A stretch of DNA of 64,000 nucleotides from assembly GCA_963713045.1 (NCBI GenBank), contig CAVQKE010000001.1, positions 416,001 to 480,000 on the forward strand, given 5' to 3'. Below the pieces are notes generated by a model. The model saw only the letters and a list, made by a program, of their open reading frames with translations, was not told the origin of the DNA and did no database searches. How positions within the stretch are numbered: position 1 is the stretch's first letter; each line of letters starts with the position of its first letter. Source of the DNA: an uncultured delta proteobacterium (lineage in GTDB: Bacteria; Myxococcota; Myxococcia; Myxococcales; Myxococcaceae). Positions 28,644 to 39,700 of the stretch are shown here, in pieces. Both the position numbers and the translations under genes were made by a program.

Positions 28644-31193
28644 TTAAACACGGCTAGCGGCCTCGGAGTCCACGAGGCTGCGGGCGTAGGCCGCCCGCAG
28701 CCGCTCGTCGCTGAGGGCCGCCGCGGCTTCGTCCAAAAGCATGGCCAGCCGGGCGGCGCGGGCTGGGACCTCCGGGTCGGGGTGGCCGGCAAAGCGCAGC
28801 GGGTGAAATTCGGCCGCCAGCCTCGCATGGGCCCGGTGCACCTCCTCCGTTCCGGCGGTGCGGGGAAGGCCGAGGACGCTGAAGTAGTCCGCCTCCTCGG
28901 CAGCCGTCCACCTCTCCCGCAACCGTTCGACTTCGACGTCCGGGTGCACCTCCGGGCCGGCCGATTCCAAGGCCGTCACCTCCAACAGCCCCAACACCGC
29001 GCCCACCGCCAGCGCCCGTAAGGCCACCTCCTGCCGCAGGCCACTGGCGCCCAACAGCTCCAACACCGTGCGCTGGCCGTCCACCGCCTCGAGGAGGCGG
29101 CGCTCCCTCTGTGCAAACTCAAACGGCGCAAATTCCTTCAGCTGCAGACGGCGAGGCACGCCGTGCGGCCCGCGGATGTGCTGGGCCACCTCCTCCGGCG
29201 TAAGGGCACGGTGAAGGGCTTCGGCCAGCACCGCCTCCAGCGGCCGGGCGGTGGCGCACCCGCCGGTGGGGGGTGCGCCGTCCGCGGCCAGCCGGTAAGC
29301 GCTGTCCCTTTCAGACAGCGCCTCCAAGGCGCGGACTTCGGTGCAGCGTTGAAGCAAGGGCACCACCTCCGCCTCCCGGAGGGCGCCGCGCTCCACCAAC
29401 TCCGCCGCCAGGGCCTCGTCCGGAAGGCGCAGGGCCCGGGCCTCGGCAGCTGTCGAGGTGTCCAACAGCCCATCGGCCAGCGCCACCTGGGCCAGGGACT
29501 CGGCCGGGTGGGTGGAGGCGGCGCCCACCAGCGCCCCGTCCGCCAGCCAGAGGAGGCGCAGCGTGTCCTCGGCCCGCAATTCCAGCCGCGCGGTGGCCCG
29601 CACCGTCGCCAGCCGCAAGACTAAGGCGGCCAACTGCTCCAGGCTGACGCGTCCGCCGTCCGCGGCCCCCCATTCCAACCGGGCCGCCGCGGTGGCGACG
29701 GCTGGGCCGGGGGCGGCCTCCGGCGCGGGGGGACGCGGCCCGCGGCGGATGAAGGGTGCGTCGGCCGGCTTCACCGGGGCCGGGGCCGGCGGCGGAGGCA
29801 GGGCGGGCGGAGGCGGGGTGGCGCGTGCCGCGGCCAACGCTCCGCGCAGCGCCTCTCCGGTGGCGCGCTCCTGGCGCAGGGCCTCCTCGGCGCGGGCCAA
29901 CGCCTCCAGCGCGGCCCGCTCGCCCTGGGCCAGGCGCTCCGCCAGCTGGGCGGCCTCCACTTCCAAGGCCTGGGCCTGCGCCTGGGCCCGCTCGGCTTGG
30001 GACAGGGCTTGGCGCTCGCGTTCCGCCCAGTCCTCCGCCTCAGCGCGGGCACGCCGGGCAGCGGCGTCGCGCTCCTGCACCTGTTGGGAGAAGCGCGTCA
30101 GCTGCTCGGCGGCGCGCAACTCAGCCGCCGCTTCGGCCCGGGCCGCTGCCTCTTCGCGCTGGCGCAACTCCGCGGCTAGCCGGGCCACCTCGCCTGCCGC
30201 GCGGGCCTCTCCGCGGGCCCGGGCCTCCGCTTCGGCCTCGGCCCGGGCCTCAGCCTCCTCACGCAGGCGCTGTTGCACGGCCAACTCGCTGGTGCGACGG
30301 GCCTCCTCCTCCCGCAGGGCCGCGGCCAGCAGTTCCGCCTCCGCCGTGCCTTGCGCCTGGGCGGCGCGGACGGCGCCCTCCGCCTCCTCGGCGCGCGCGC
30401 GGGCGGCCTCCACCTGTGCCTGTGCGACGCGGGCCTCCCTTTCCAGTCTCCGGGCCTCCTCGGCTTCGGCCCGGGCCCGTGCCTCCGCTTCGGTGCGCCG
30501 GCTCCGCTCGACGGCCTCGGCCTGGCGGTAGGCCCGCAGCGCCTCCTCGGCCTGGGTGCGCGCCGCCTCGGCCTCCGCCCGCGCGGCTTCGGCGGCCTCG
30601 GCCCGCGCGCGGGCCAAGTCCGCCTCTTCCCAGGCCGCATGGGTTAACGCCTCCGCCGCAGCCACCTCCTCGGCTTCACGGGCGGCGGTGGGCGCCGCCT
30701 CAGCCGCCACCGCCGGGGCAGCCCGCAGGCTGGCGAAGGCCTCCGCTTCCAGGTCCGCCTCGGCCTCGGCCAGGGCCGCGTCCACCAGTGGCGGCAGCTC
30801 CTCCATGTGCCCAGCGTCCAACAGCGGGACGTCGTCTTCCTCCGTCCCCTGCGGGGGCGCCAGCGCTGCCTCCACCGCCTCCAGCAAGGCTTTCGCGTCC
30901 AGGGGAAGGCCCAACACCGGCAGGGAGGCGCCCGGGACTGCCTCGCCCAGCAGCACCACCGGGGCATGGGCCCCGGCGGGCCGGGCCCGCAGTTCCTCGA
31001 GGAAGCTGGGCCCCCGGCCGCCCTCCACCGCCGGGGCGAGGAGAATGGCCGAAGGCGACAGCTGTTCAAAAGCGCTGAGGGCGTCCGCGGTGGACGTCGC
31101 CAGGTGGAGCGCGTGGCCGGCGCGCGTCAGCACCCGACGCACCGAAGCGATGGTGGCCAAGTCGTCGTGCACCAGCAGCAGGGGCGGGGGCAT
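28644..31193 (-). CDS. Pseudo-receiver + coiled coil + DUF4388-like + J-like domain protein
   Basis: N-terminal CheY-like fold (LLVHDD...ILLAP), long Ala/Glu/Arg coiled coil, C-terminal DYFSVLGL...EFHPLRF. Confidence 0.75.
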   Translation of the reverse strand: MPPPLLLVHDDLATIASVRRVLTRAGHALHLATSTADALSAFEQLSPSAILLAPAVEGGRGPSFLEELRARPAGAHAPVVLLGEAVPGASLPVLGLPLDAKALLEAVEAALAPPQGTEEDDVPLLDAGHMEELPPLVDAALAEAEADLEAEAFASLRAAPAVAAEAAPTAAREAEEVAAAEALTHAAWEEADLARARAEAAEAARAEAEAARTQAEEALRAYRQAEAVERSRRTEAEARARAEAEEARRLEREARVAQAQVEAARARAEEAEGAVRAAQAQGTAEAELLAAALREEEARRTSELAVQQRLREEAEARAEAEAEARARGEARAAGEVARLAAELRQREEAAARAEAAAELRAAEQLTRFSQQVQERDAAARRARAEAEDWAERERQALSQAERAQAQAQALEVEAAQLAERLAQGERAALEALARAEEALRQERATGEALRGALAAARATPPPPALPPPPAPAPVKPADAPFIRRGPRPPAPEAAPGPAVATAAARLEWGAADGGRVSLEQLAALVLRLATVRATARLELRAEDTLRLLWLADGALVGAASTHPAESLAQVALADGLLDTSTAAEARALRLPDEALAAELVERGALREAEVVPLLQRCTEVRALEALSERDSAYRLAADGAPPTGGCATARPLEAVLAEALHRALTPEEVAQHIRGPHGVPRRLQLKEFAPFEFAQRERRLLEAVDGQRTVLELLGASGLRQEVALRALAVGAVLGLLEVTALESAGPEVHPDVEVERLRERWTAAEEADYFSVLGLPRTAGTEEVHRAHARLAAEFHPLRFAGHPDPEVPARAARLAMLLDEAAAALSDERLRAAYARSLVDSEAASRV

Positions 31194-31239
31194 GCGGGGG
31201 CGAATGGGAGGGCGCGGGTTGGTCGCCGGGGGACAAAGT

Positions 31240-33465
31240 CTACAGCATGGCCCCCGGGTCCACGTCGAGGATGCCCCGGACGTCCGGAGGCAAGCTGGAC
31301 AGCGCCCGTTCGGCCATGTCCAGCACCGGGCGCAGCACCCGGTGCTGCGGGGCCTTGAGGAGAAGCTGCCAGCGGGAGCGGCCTTTCAGCCGGGACAGCG
31401 GCGCCGGGGCAGGCCCCAACAGCCGCACGCCAGAGGCCGCAGGCGGTAGGCCCGCCTCCAGCAGGCGGCCCAGGGCCCGGGCGGACGCTGCGGTGCGCGC
31501 CGCGTCGGCGCCCTCCAGGCCAATGGCGGCCAGCCGGGAAAAGGGCGGGTAGGCCAGGGCCCGCCGCCACTCAAGTTCCCGGGCGGCGAAGCCGACAAAG
31601 TCATGGGCTGCGGCCCGGGCCACCGGCTCGGCCTCAGGGTTGTAGGTTTGCACCAGCACCCGGCCCGCCTCCGCGCCGCGCCCCGCCCGGCCGGCCACCT
31701 GGGTCAGAATTTGGAAGGTGCGCTCGGCCGCCCGGAAGTCCGGCAGCAAAAGGCCGGTGTCCGCGGACACGACGCACACCAGCGTCACGCCCGGGAAGTC
31801 ATGTCCCTTCGCCACCATTTGCGTGCCCACCAGCACGTCCAATTCGCCCCGGGCGAAGCCGGCCAGCCGCTCCGTGAGGCGCTCGCCGGTGCCCACCGCG
31901 TCCCTGTCCAGCCGCGCCACCCGGGCGGTGGGGAAGCGTTGGGCCACTTCTGCCTCCACCCTTTCCGTGCCGGCGCCCAGCCGTACCAGCGGGCCGCGGC
32001 AAGCGGCGCACGCCTGGGGGACAGCGCGGGCAGCCCCGCAGTAATGGCACTGCAGCGCCGGGGGGTGCAGGTGCAGGGTGAGGGCGACGTCGCAACTCTC
32101 GCAGCTACAGGCTTGGCCACAGCCTTCGCACACCAGGGTGGTGCTGTGGCCGCGGCGGTTGAGGAAAAGAATGGCCTGTTGCCCCCGGGCCAGCGTCTCG
32201 GCCAGCGCGGCGGCGCTCTCCTCGGCCAGCACCGGAGGGGCCTCACCGGCGGTCCGCGGGCGACGGCGCAAGTCCACCAGTTGCACCGTGGGCAGCGGTC
32301 GGTCGTCCACCCGGGAGGGCAATTCCAGAAGCTGGTAGCGGCCGCGTTGGGCATTCTCGTAACTCTCCAGAGAGGGCGTGGCCGAGCCCAGCACCACCAC
32401 CGCGCCTGCGTCGCGCGCCCGCACCACGGCCAAGTCCCGCGCCTGGTAGCGCAGCTTCTCGTCCTGTTTGAAGGACGGGTCGTGTTCCTCGTCCACCACC
32501 ACCAGGCCCAAACCGGCCACCGGGGCGAAGACTGCCGAGCGCACCCCCACCGCCAGCCGGACGCGGCCCGCGCGCAGGGCCTGCCAATGGGCCCGCCTTT
32601 CACTGTCCTTCAAGCCGCTGTGCAGGACGGCCACCTGCGCGCCAAAGCGGCTGCGGAAGCGGCCCACCAGCTGGGGGGTGAGGGCAATTTCCGGCACCAG
32701 CACCAGGGCGCCCTTGCCGCTGGCCAGCGCATGCTCGGCGGCGCGCAGGTACACTTCCGTCTTCCCGCTGCTCGTCACCCCCTGCAGAAGGAAGGGGCGA
32801 AAGGCGGCCGCGTCCAGCGCCTGGGTGATGGCCTGCACGGCGCGCTGCTGCCCAGCGGTGAGGGTGGCCGGACGGAGTTGGCCGAGGCCGGCGCGCACCA
32901 GGGGCGGGACGTCCAGCGTCTGCACGTGGACCAGGCCCTTGGCCACCAGCCGCCGGACGGCCTCGCGGGCCTTGGGCACGGCGCGCACCAATTCGTCAAG
33001 CTCGGCGCGACCGCCGACGGCGAGAAGGTAGCCGAGGGCCGCGGCCTGGGACGGCGCACGCGCCAGCGCCGCCGTGTCCGCGGCCGGCGCCGCCACCACC
33101 GTCTTCACCCCAGCCGGGGCCACCGGCCTGTCCTGCACCGCCCGGGTGAGGCCAGGCGGCAGCGCGGCCCGGAGGGCCTCGCCCAACGGGTAGCGGTAGT
33201 GGGCCGCGGCGAAGGCCAGCAGGCGGAAGACGTCCGGCGGCAGCGCGGGCTCGACCTCCAGCACTTGGGTAATGGGCTTGAGGACGGCGGCTTGCGGAGG
33301 CTTGGCCGGCCCCAGGTAGAAGCCGAGCGCGCGGCCTCGTCCAAAGGGAACCAAAAGCCGCTGCCCCGGCAGCAGCGCCCCCCGGTAGCCCACCGGGGGC
33401 AGGTAGGTGAAGGGGCCTGCGACGGGCCGGCCGACGGCAACCGAGGCGCAAGTCTCCACGTCCAC
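31240..33465 (-). CDS. priA: Primosomal protein N' (replication restart helicase)
   Basis: GVTSSGKTEVY, VDEEHD, GSATPS, eight-Cys Zn region, GTQMVAKG, QVAGRAGR; start approximate. Confidence 0.95.
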   Translation of the reverse strand: MDVETCASVAVGRPVAGPFTYLPPVGYRGALLPGQRLLVPFGRGRALGFYLGPAKPPQAAVLKPITQVLEVEPALPPDVFRLLAFAAAHYRYPLGEALRAALPPGLTRAVQDRPVAPAGVKTVVAAPAADTAALARAPSQAAALGYLLAVGGRAELDELVRAVPKAREAVRRLVAKGLVHVQTLDVPPLVRAGLGQLRPATLTAGQQRAVQAITQALDAAAFRPFLLQGVTSSGKTEVYLRAAEHALASGKGALVLVPEIALTPQLVGRFRSRFGAQVAVLHSGLKDSERRAHWQALRAGRVRLAVGVRSAVFAPVAGLGLVVVDEEHDPSFKQDEKLRYQARDLAVVRARDAGAVVVLGSATPSLESYENAQRGRYQLLELPSRVDDRPLPTVQLVDLRRRPRTAGEAPPVLAEESAAALAETLARGQQAILFLNRRGHSTTLVCEGCGQACSCESCDVALTLHLHPPALQCHYCGAARAVPQACAACRGPLVRLGAGTERVEAEVAQRFPTARVARLDRDAVGTGERLTERLAGFARGELDVLVGTQMVAKGHDFPGVTLVCVVSADTGLLLPDFRAAERTFQILTQVAGRAGRGAEAGRVLVQTYNPEAEPVARAAAHDFVGFAARELEWRRALAYPPFSRLAAIGLEGADAARTAASARALGRLLEAGLPPAASGVRLLGPAPAPLSRLKGRSRWQLLLKAPQHRVLRPVLDMAERALSSLPPDVRGILDVDPGAML

Positions 33466-33523
33466 GGCTGGGACTACCGCCGTCCCCCGACATTGCCCAG
33501 TCGGGCCGTCCTCCGTCGGGCCG

Positions 33524-34243
33524 CTAGAAGAGGCGCTCCGGCAGGTTGGCATGGCTGTCGCCCCGGACGGTGGTGAAGCGCGCTTGCAGTTCGCTTCCTC
33601 GAGAGACTTCCAAGAAGCGGGGAAACCAGCCCCCGGTGGCCGGCGCGGCGTAGTCCGAAAAGCGCACGTCCCAGCCCACGCCCTTCTCATCGGTGAAGCG
33701 CACCCGGGCCGGCAAGAAGCTTTCTTTAAAAACCCACAGCTGCGCGTCGCCCGGCTTTTCGCCGCCGAGGACGTACACCACGTGGCCGCCGAGGCGGTCC
33801 AGGGACGTCGTCTGCGTGTCCACCTTCAGCAGCGCCAGGTGCTGTTCCAGCCCGCTGTGCCCATCGCCTTGGCGCAGGGCGAGCAGGGCGCACACTTCCT
33901 GCACCGCCACCTGCAGCGCCGCGACGGCCGGGCCCTCCACGCGCAGTCGGCCGTTGGCCTCCACCACCACCAGGGGCTTGCCGTCCGGGGCGGTGGCGTC
34001 CAGGCGGCAGCGTCCGGGGACTTTCAGCAAGAAGGCGGCGTCGTTGCGGACTTCCGGTAGCCCCGTCTTCAGCTCGGCCAGGGCGCCCCCTTGGAGGGAG
34101 AGTGTCCCCTCCACTTTGGCCGAGGTGAGGTGGAGCTCCTCCCGGGCCTCCACCAGGCGGCGGAGAATGGCGTGGCCGGGAAGGACGTAGGCAGCGGCCG
34201 GAACGGCCACCCCGAGCAGGCAAAGCAAGAGGAGCCGTTTCAT
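33524..34243 (-). CDS. Exported hypothetical protein, possible LolA-like fold
   Basis: Signal peptide MKRLLLLCLLGVAVPAAA; beta-rich, LWV.KESFLP and FSDY...WFP motifs. Confidence 0.65.
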   Translation of the reverse strand: MKRLLLLCLLGVAVPAAAYVLPGHAILRRLVEAREELHLTSAKVEGTLSLQGGALAELKTGLPEVRNDAAFLLKVPGRCRLDATAPDGKPLVVVEANGRLRVEGPAVAALQVAVQEVCALLALRQGDGHSGLEQHLALLKVDTQTTSLDRLGGHVVYVLGGEKPGDAQLWVFKESFLPARVRFTDEKGVGWDVRFSDYAAPATGGWFPRFLEVSRGSELQARFTTVRGDSHANLPERLF

Positions 34244-34309
34244 CAGCGGGAGGAGGGCCTTCAAACCATAGCAGCCGGGCCCCCTTCCGGTGTTACATCC
34301 GGGGCCCAC

Positions 34310-34690
34310 ATGGCGGCAATTACCTTCTTCGTCGCAGTCCTGCTGTTGGCGGTGGGCCTCATCGGCTTCGTTGCCTCGGGGGGCCACGCGCCGACGGCCC
34401 TCATCCCCGCCGCCCTGGGAATCCTCCTCGCCTTCTGCGGCGCCCTGGCGCGCAACCCCAAGTCGCGGATGCATGCCATGCACGCCGCGGTGCTGGTGGC
34501 GCTGGTCGGGCTGGCTGGCTCGCTGCGGGGCGTCTTCCAACTGCCGGCCTTGCTGTCCGGCGCCAGCGTCGCCCGGCCGCTGGCGGTGGTGGCCCAGACG
34601 GCCACCGCCGTCGTGTGCCTCGCCTACGTGGCGCTGGCCGTGCGCTCCTTCATCCAAGCCCGTCGGGAACGGCTGAGCAGCCCAAGCTGA
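34310..34690 (+). CDS. Small 4-TM membrane protein (TMEM14-like)
   Basis: TALIPA motif, MHAMH, RSFIQARR. Confidence 0.7.
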   Translation: MAAITFFVAVLLLAVGLIGFVASGGHAPTALIPAALGILLAFCGALARNPKSRMHAMHAAVLVALVGLAGSLRGVFQLPALLSGASVARPLAVVAQTATAVVCLAYVALAVRSFIQARRERLSSPS

Positions 34691-34741
34691 CGCGGGCGGC
34701 CCCCCCAGGGGGCAGGCACCGCTGAGGGAGGACAAGCGCCC

Positions 34742-35728
34742 ATGACTCTCGCCATCGGCATTCAGAAGACGGGTGGCCCCGAGGTGATGCAGGTGCAGGA
34801 CGTCCAAGTGGGTGCGCCCGGGCCTGGCCAGGTGAAGCTGCGCCAGAGGGCCGTTGGCCTCAACTTCATCGACATCTACCACCGCAACGGCCACTACCCG
34901 GTGCCGCTGCCGTCCGGGCTGGGCATGGAGGCGGCCGGGGTGGTGACCGCCGTCGGACCGGGGGTGCAAGCCCCCCAGGTGGGGGCGCGGGTGGCGTACG
35001 CCGGCGGCCCACTGGGTGCCTATGCCGAGGAGCGCCTCTTCCCGGCTGACCGCCTGGTCCCCATTCCGGACGGCGTCACCGACCGGCAAGCGGCGGCGGT
35101 GCTGCTGAAGGGACTCACCGCGCAGTACCTGGTGCGTCGCACCCACGTCGTCCGGGCGGGGGAGACGGTGGTGGTGCATGCCGCTGCGGGAGGCGTCGGC
35201 CTTTTGTTGTGTCAGTGGGTGCGCCATTTGGGGGCCACCACCATCGGCAGCGTCGGCAACAAGGAGAAGGCGGAGCTGGCGCGGGCCAACGGCTGCCAGC
35301 ACCCGCTGGTGCTGGACGCCTCCCACCCGGAGGAATTCCTCAATCAGGTGGTGCAGCTGACGGCTGGAGGCAGGGCCAGCGTGGTGTATGACTCAGTGGG
35401 CAAGGCCACCTTCTCCCTCTCGCTCGACTGCCTGGCGCCGCTTGGGCTTCTGGCGCTGTTTGGGGCCTCCTCCGGTGCACCCCCTCCGTTGGACGTCGGA
35501 CTGCTTGCCCAGAAGGGGTCGCTCTTCCTGACCCGGCCCACCCTGGCCACCTACAGTGCGCGGCGGGAGGACCTTCTGGCTGGCGCCGCCGAGGTCTTCG
35601 GCCTGGTCCAGCAGGGCGTCCTCAAAGTCCACATCAACCAGGAGTACCCGCTGCAGGCAGTGGCGCAGGCGCACCGCGACTTGGAAGGCCGGCGGACGAC
35701 GGGCTCCACCGTCCTCAGCGTGGGCTAA
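34742..35728 (+). CDS. qor: NADPH:quinone oxidoreductase (zeta-crystallin family)
   Basis: GLNFIDIY, HAAAGGVG, VYDSVGK, KGSLFLTRP, TTGS. Confidence 0.93.
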   Translation: MTLAIGIQKTGGPEVMQVQDVQVGAPGPGQVKLRQRAVGLNFIDIYHRNGHYPVPLPSGLGMEAAGVVTAVGPGVQAPQVGARVAYAGGPLGAYAEERLFPADRLVPIPDGVTDRQAAAVLLKGLTAQYLVRRTHVVRAGETVVVHAAAGGVGLLLCQWVRHLGATTIGSVGNKEKAELARANGCQHPLVLDASHPEEFLNQVVQLTAGGRASVVYDSVGKATFSLSLDCLAPLGLLALFGASSGAPPPLDVGLLAQKGSLFLTRPTLATYSARREDLLAGAAEVFGLVQQGVLKVHINQEYPLQAVAQAHRDLEGRRTTGSTVLSVG

Positions 35729-35770
35729 CTGCAAACGTCGTACACCCTGGGCAGGATGGCGCCTCCTTAG

Positions 35771-36622
35771 ATGCTCAGGCCCGCGCTCCTCCTCTCGCTT
35801 CTGTTGGCCACGGTGGCGGTGGCGCAGCCGGTGGGCTTTGAAGGAGCGCTGGAGGCGCGCGAGGTGTCGATGGGCAGCGCCTACCGCGCCCTCGGCACCA
35901 CCGCCGTCGGCGTCGACGGAAACCCGGCCGCCTTGGCCCTCGCCAAGTACTTTCAAGTCGACGTCGGCGGCGCCTATGACTTCGGCACGGAGACTTGGTA
36001 CGTGGCCGGCTACGTCCGCGACAGCGTCTCCTCGCCCTTGGCGGCCGGCTACAGCATTCACTACCTGTCCCAACAGCTGAACAGCAGCACCGGGCAGACG
36101 ACCGTCAGCGGCTTCCAAAACGTCTTCGCCTTTGCCATCCCGGTCGCCGACTACATGACGGTCGGCGTCTCCAGCCATTGGATTACCGAGAGTGACTTGC
36201 ACATCAACGCCGCCAGCCTCGACGCCGGCGCGGCCTTCAAAATTGGCACCATCGCCACCATCGGCTTCGCCGGCCACAACCTCATCGACACCGGCCACCC
36301 CGTCCAGCTGGGCCGCTATTTCGACTTAAGCACCGGGCTGAAATTCGGCCCAGTGCAGCTGGCCATCGACGCGCTGAGCAACTTCGGGCCGCACCAATTT
36401 CACCCGAAGCTTCTCTTCGGCACCGAAGTCGCCATTGGGAAAAGCTTCTTCATCCGCGCCGGCGCCGACTGGTACACGCGGACCAACTACACCGCCCCGG
36501 TCGTCTACCTCACCGCCGGCGTGGGCTTCGCCGTGGACAAGGGCGGGCTCGACATCGGCTACCAGCAGTCCTGCACCGGGGTGGGAAACCTCTTGGTGGC
36601 GACGCTGCGCATTGTCTTGTAG
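35771..36622 (+). CDS. Outer-membrane beta-barrel protein (PorV/FadL-like N-terminal plug)
   Basis: Signal peptide, AREVSMGSAYRAL...GNPAAL, alternating beta-strands. Confidence 0.62.
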   Translation: MLRPALLLSLLLATVAVAQPVGFEGALEAREVSMGSAYRALGTTAVGVDGNPAALALAKYFQVDVGGAYDFGTETWYVAGYVRDSVSSPLAAGYSIHYLSQQLNSSTGQTTVSGFQNVFAFAIPVADYMTVGVSSHWITESDLHINAASLDAGAAFKIGTIATIGFAGHNLIDTGHPVQLGRYFDLSTGLKFGPVQLAIDALSNFGPHQFHPKLLFGTEVAIGKSFFIRAGADWYTRTNYTAPVVYLTAGVGFAVDKGGLDIGYQQSCTGVGNLLVATLRIVL

Positions 36623-36650
36623 CCCCCCGGGCCCCCAGGCGACATCCCCC

Positions 36651-36682
36651 CTGCCCCCTGGGGTACGCGGGGGGGGGGGCAG
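36651..36682. terminator. GC hairpin between convergent genes
   Basis: CTGCCCCC...GGGGGCAG, includes a G11 run. Confidence 0.4.
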
Positions 36683-36712
36683 CGGTGGAGAAGCACTTTG
36701 GGCCAGCCAGGC

Positions 36713-39700
36713 CTAGGCGGGGGTCCCGGCCGGGGCGAGCGGCCGTCGCGCCTTCCTCGCGGCCCGTTCGTCCAGCCAGCGCCAGGCGACGACCACCATC
36801 GGCGGCTGCAGAATTCGAGTCAAGAACGCCACCATCAGTGAGCCACCGATGATGACGATGGCCAAAGGTTTCTGGGTTTGCGAGCCGATGCCGTGCGACA
36901 GCGCCGCCGGCATCAGGCCCAGCGTCGCCACCAGCGTCGTCATCAGTGCTGGCCGAAACCGCTTCTCCGCGGCCTGCCGTGCCGCGTCCTCGATGGCCAT
37001 GCCTTTGGCGTGGAGCTGTTGGAAGTAGGGCACCATGATGAGCGCATCCTGGACGGCGATGCCGAAGATGGACACGAAGCCCATCGCCGCGGAGACCGAG
37101 AGGTTTTCCCGGGTGATGAGCAGCGCCAGGATGCCTCCGCTGCAGGCGACCGGGATGTTGACCAGGACGATGATGGTCGCCAGCCAATTCCGCACCGCGC
37201 TGTAGACGAGGAAGGCGATGACCAACAGCGTGATGGGAACGACGAACTGCAGCCGAGCCTCGGCGTCTTTGAGTTCATTAATCTCGCCGGCCCAGATGAG
37301 ATTCGTCTCCGGAGGGAAGCGGACCGCATCCTCAATCTTCTGCTGGGCTTCCTGGATGGTGGAGGCCAAGTCGCGTCCGCGCACACTGAATTTCACCGGC
37401 GTGTAGCGCCGGCCGTCTTCCCGGTAGACGACGCTCGGACTGTCCTCGCTGGTGATGGTGGCCAGCTGTTTGAGGGGGATTTGGCTCCCGTCCGGCGAGG
37501 AGACGGTGATGTTGCCGATGGAGTCGACGTCGCCCCGGTATTGGGGAAGCCACCGCACGGTGAGCGCGAAATTCTTCTCCCCTTCGTACACCTGGGTGAC
37601 CGCCTGACCACCGATGGCGGCCTGGACCACCGCCTCGACGTCGCCGGTGTTGAGGCCATACCGGTCGGCCTGGGCCCGGTCGGGGACAATCTTGATGCTC
37701 GGCTGTCCGAGCGAAAGGAAGATGCCCACGTCCTCCACTCCCTTCACTTTGCTGATGGTGGCCAGAACGGCATTGGCCACCGAGTCGTTGCTCTTGATGT
37801 CCGGACCCACCACCTTGACGCTGTTCTCCCCTTTGACTCCGGAGAGCGCCTCCTCGACGTTGTCGGAGATGTACTGCGAGAAGTTGAAGACGACGCCGGG
37901 GTATTCCCGCTGGAGCTCAGCCTGGAGGGTGGCGGTCAGCTTTTCCTTGGTGAGCCCTCGCGGCCAGTCCTCGAATGGCTTGAGCGGCGCAAAGAACTCG
38001 AGATTGTGAAACCCGGTCACGTCGGTGCCGTCGTCGGGGCGACCGGTTTGGGAGGTGACGGTGACCACCTCGGGGTGGCTGCGAATAATCTGCCGCATGC
38101 GGCTCACGTGCTTCGACGACTCCTCCAGGGAAATGGACATTGGCAGCGTGGCGCGAATCCAGAAGTTGCCCTCCTCCAGCTTGGGCATGAACTCCTTGCC
38201 GAGCAGCGGATAGAGCACCACGCAGGCCAGAATCGGCACCAGGACCAGTGAGGAGGCGAGCTTCGGCCGCCTCAGGGCCGCGTCCCAGAATGGCTGGTAA
38301 ACTGCGTGGAGAAACCGCATCACCGGATTCGTCACTTCCTCGTCCGGGTCGATGTGAGCCTCGACCAGCCGCTTCAGCCAGATGGGTTTGTCCGCCTGCT
38401 CCTCCGGGGTGGCGATGCGGAACAGCCACGAGGCCAGCACCGGCGTCAGCGTCAACGCAAGGAAAATTGCCCCACCGATGGCGAAGGCGTAGGTGTGCGA
38501 CATCGGCCGAAAAATGACGCCCGAGACGCCGGTCAGGGTGAACAACGGCAGGAAGGCGAACCCGATGATGACCGTGGAGAAGGCCATCGGTCTGCCGACT
38601 TCCGAGGCGGCAGCCAGGATGCGCTCCTCGGTGGGCCCTCCGGAGGATTCGGAGAGGTGGCGGAAGATGTTCTCCATCATGATGACGGTCGAGTCGACCA
38701 CAATCCCGAAGTCGACCGCTCCCAGCGAGATGAGGTTGGCCGGCGTTCCCGTCGCCACCATGCCGATGAAGGCCACCATCAACGCGAGCGGGACGTTGAG
38801 AGCGGTGATGAAGGCCGCGCGCAGGTTGCCGAGGAAGAGAATGAGGACCAGCGTCACCAGGCCCATGCCCATGAGAAGGTTCTCGAGCACCGTGTGCGTG
38901 GTGACCTTCACCAGCTGGCCGCGGTCGTAGAAGGGTTCAATCTCCATCCCCGGCGGCAGCAGGTGGTACTTGCGGATGTAAGCCAGGCGCTCATGAATGC
39001 CCTGGAGGGTGGCCGCCGTCTCGCCCCCATACTTCATGAGGATGGTGCCCTGGACGACGTCGTCGTCCCCGTCCCGTCCCACAATTCCCAGCCGCGGGGC
39101 GTTTCCGATGGTGACCGTGGCCACGTCCCGCACCCGGACCGGCACGCCCTTCTGTTCCAGGATGACGACGTTGTCGATGTCCCGGAGCGAATTGATGAGC
39201 CCGATGCCGCGCACCGTGTAGGCCTGCTGCCCGATGGTCAGCCGCTGGCCTCCGACGTTTTGGTTGGCGTTGGCCAGCGCCGCGTCGAGCTGAGCCAGCG
39301 TCACGCCCCGCCCGCGAAGCAGGTAGGGGTCGACTTCGACGTGGTACTCCTTGGTCCGCCCACCGAAGCTGGTGACGTCGATGACGCCTGGGACCTGCCT
39401 CCACTGTCGCTCGAGAATCCAGTCCTCGGCGGTCTTCAGGTCGATGAGCGAGTAGCCCTTGCCCCGCAGGTTGTAGCGGAACACCTCGCCGATGGCATTC
39501 CAGGGTGAAAGCGAGGCCGAGATGCCGGCCGGCAGCGAGACGAATTGCAGACGGTTGATGACTTCCTGCCTGGCGTCCCAGTAGTCGACGCCCCACTTGA
39601 AGTAGCACTTCACGTCGGACAGCCCGAAGAGCGACTGGGAGCGGATGTGGTCGAGGCCCCTCATCCCGGCGAGTGCAATCTCCAGCGGGACGGTGACGTA

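Noticed and set aside
29800..30800. Repetitive GCC/GAG-rich DNA
   Set aside because: Explained by the Ala/Glu/Arg coiled-coil coding sequence; no fixed repeat-spacer structure
32755..32790. PriA Walker A reads GVTSSGKT rather than GVTGSGKT
   Set aside because: It still fits GxxxxGKT and all other helicase motifs are intact
36669..36679. G11 homopolymer as a possible phase-variation tract
   Set aside because: It lies between two convergent stop codons within a hairpin, not in a CDS or promoter
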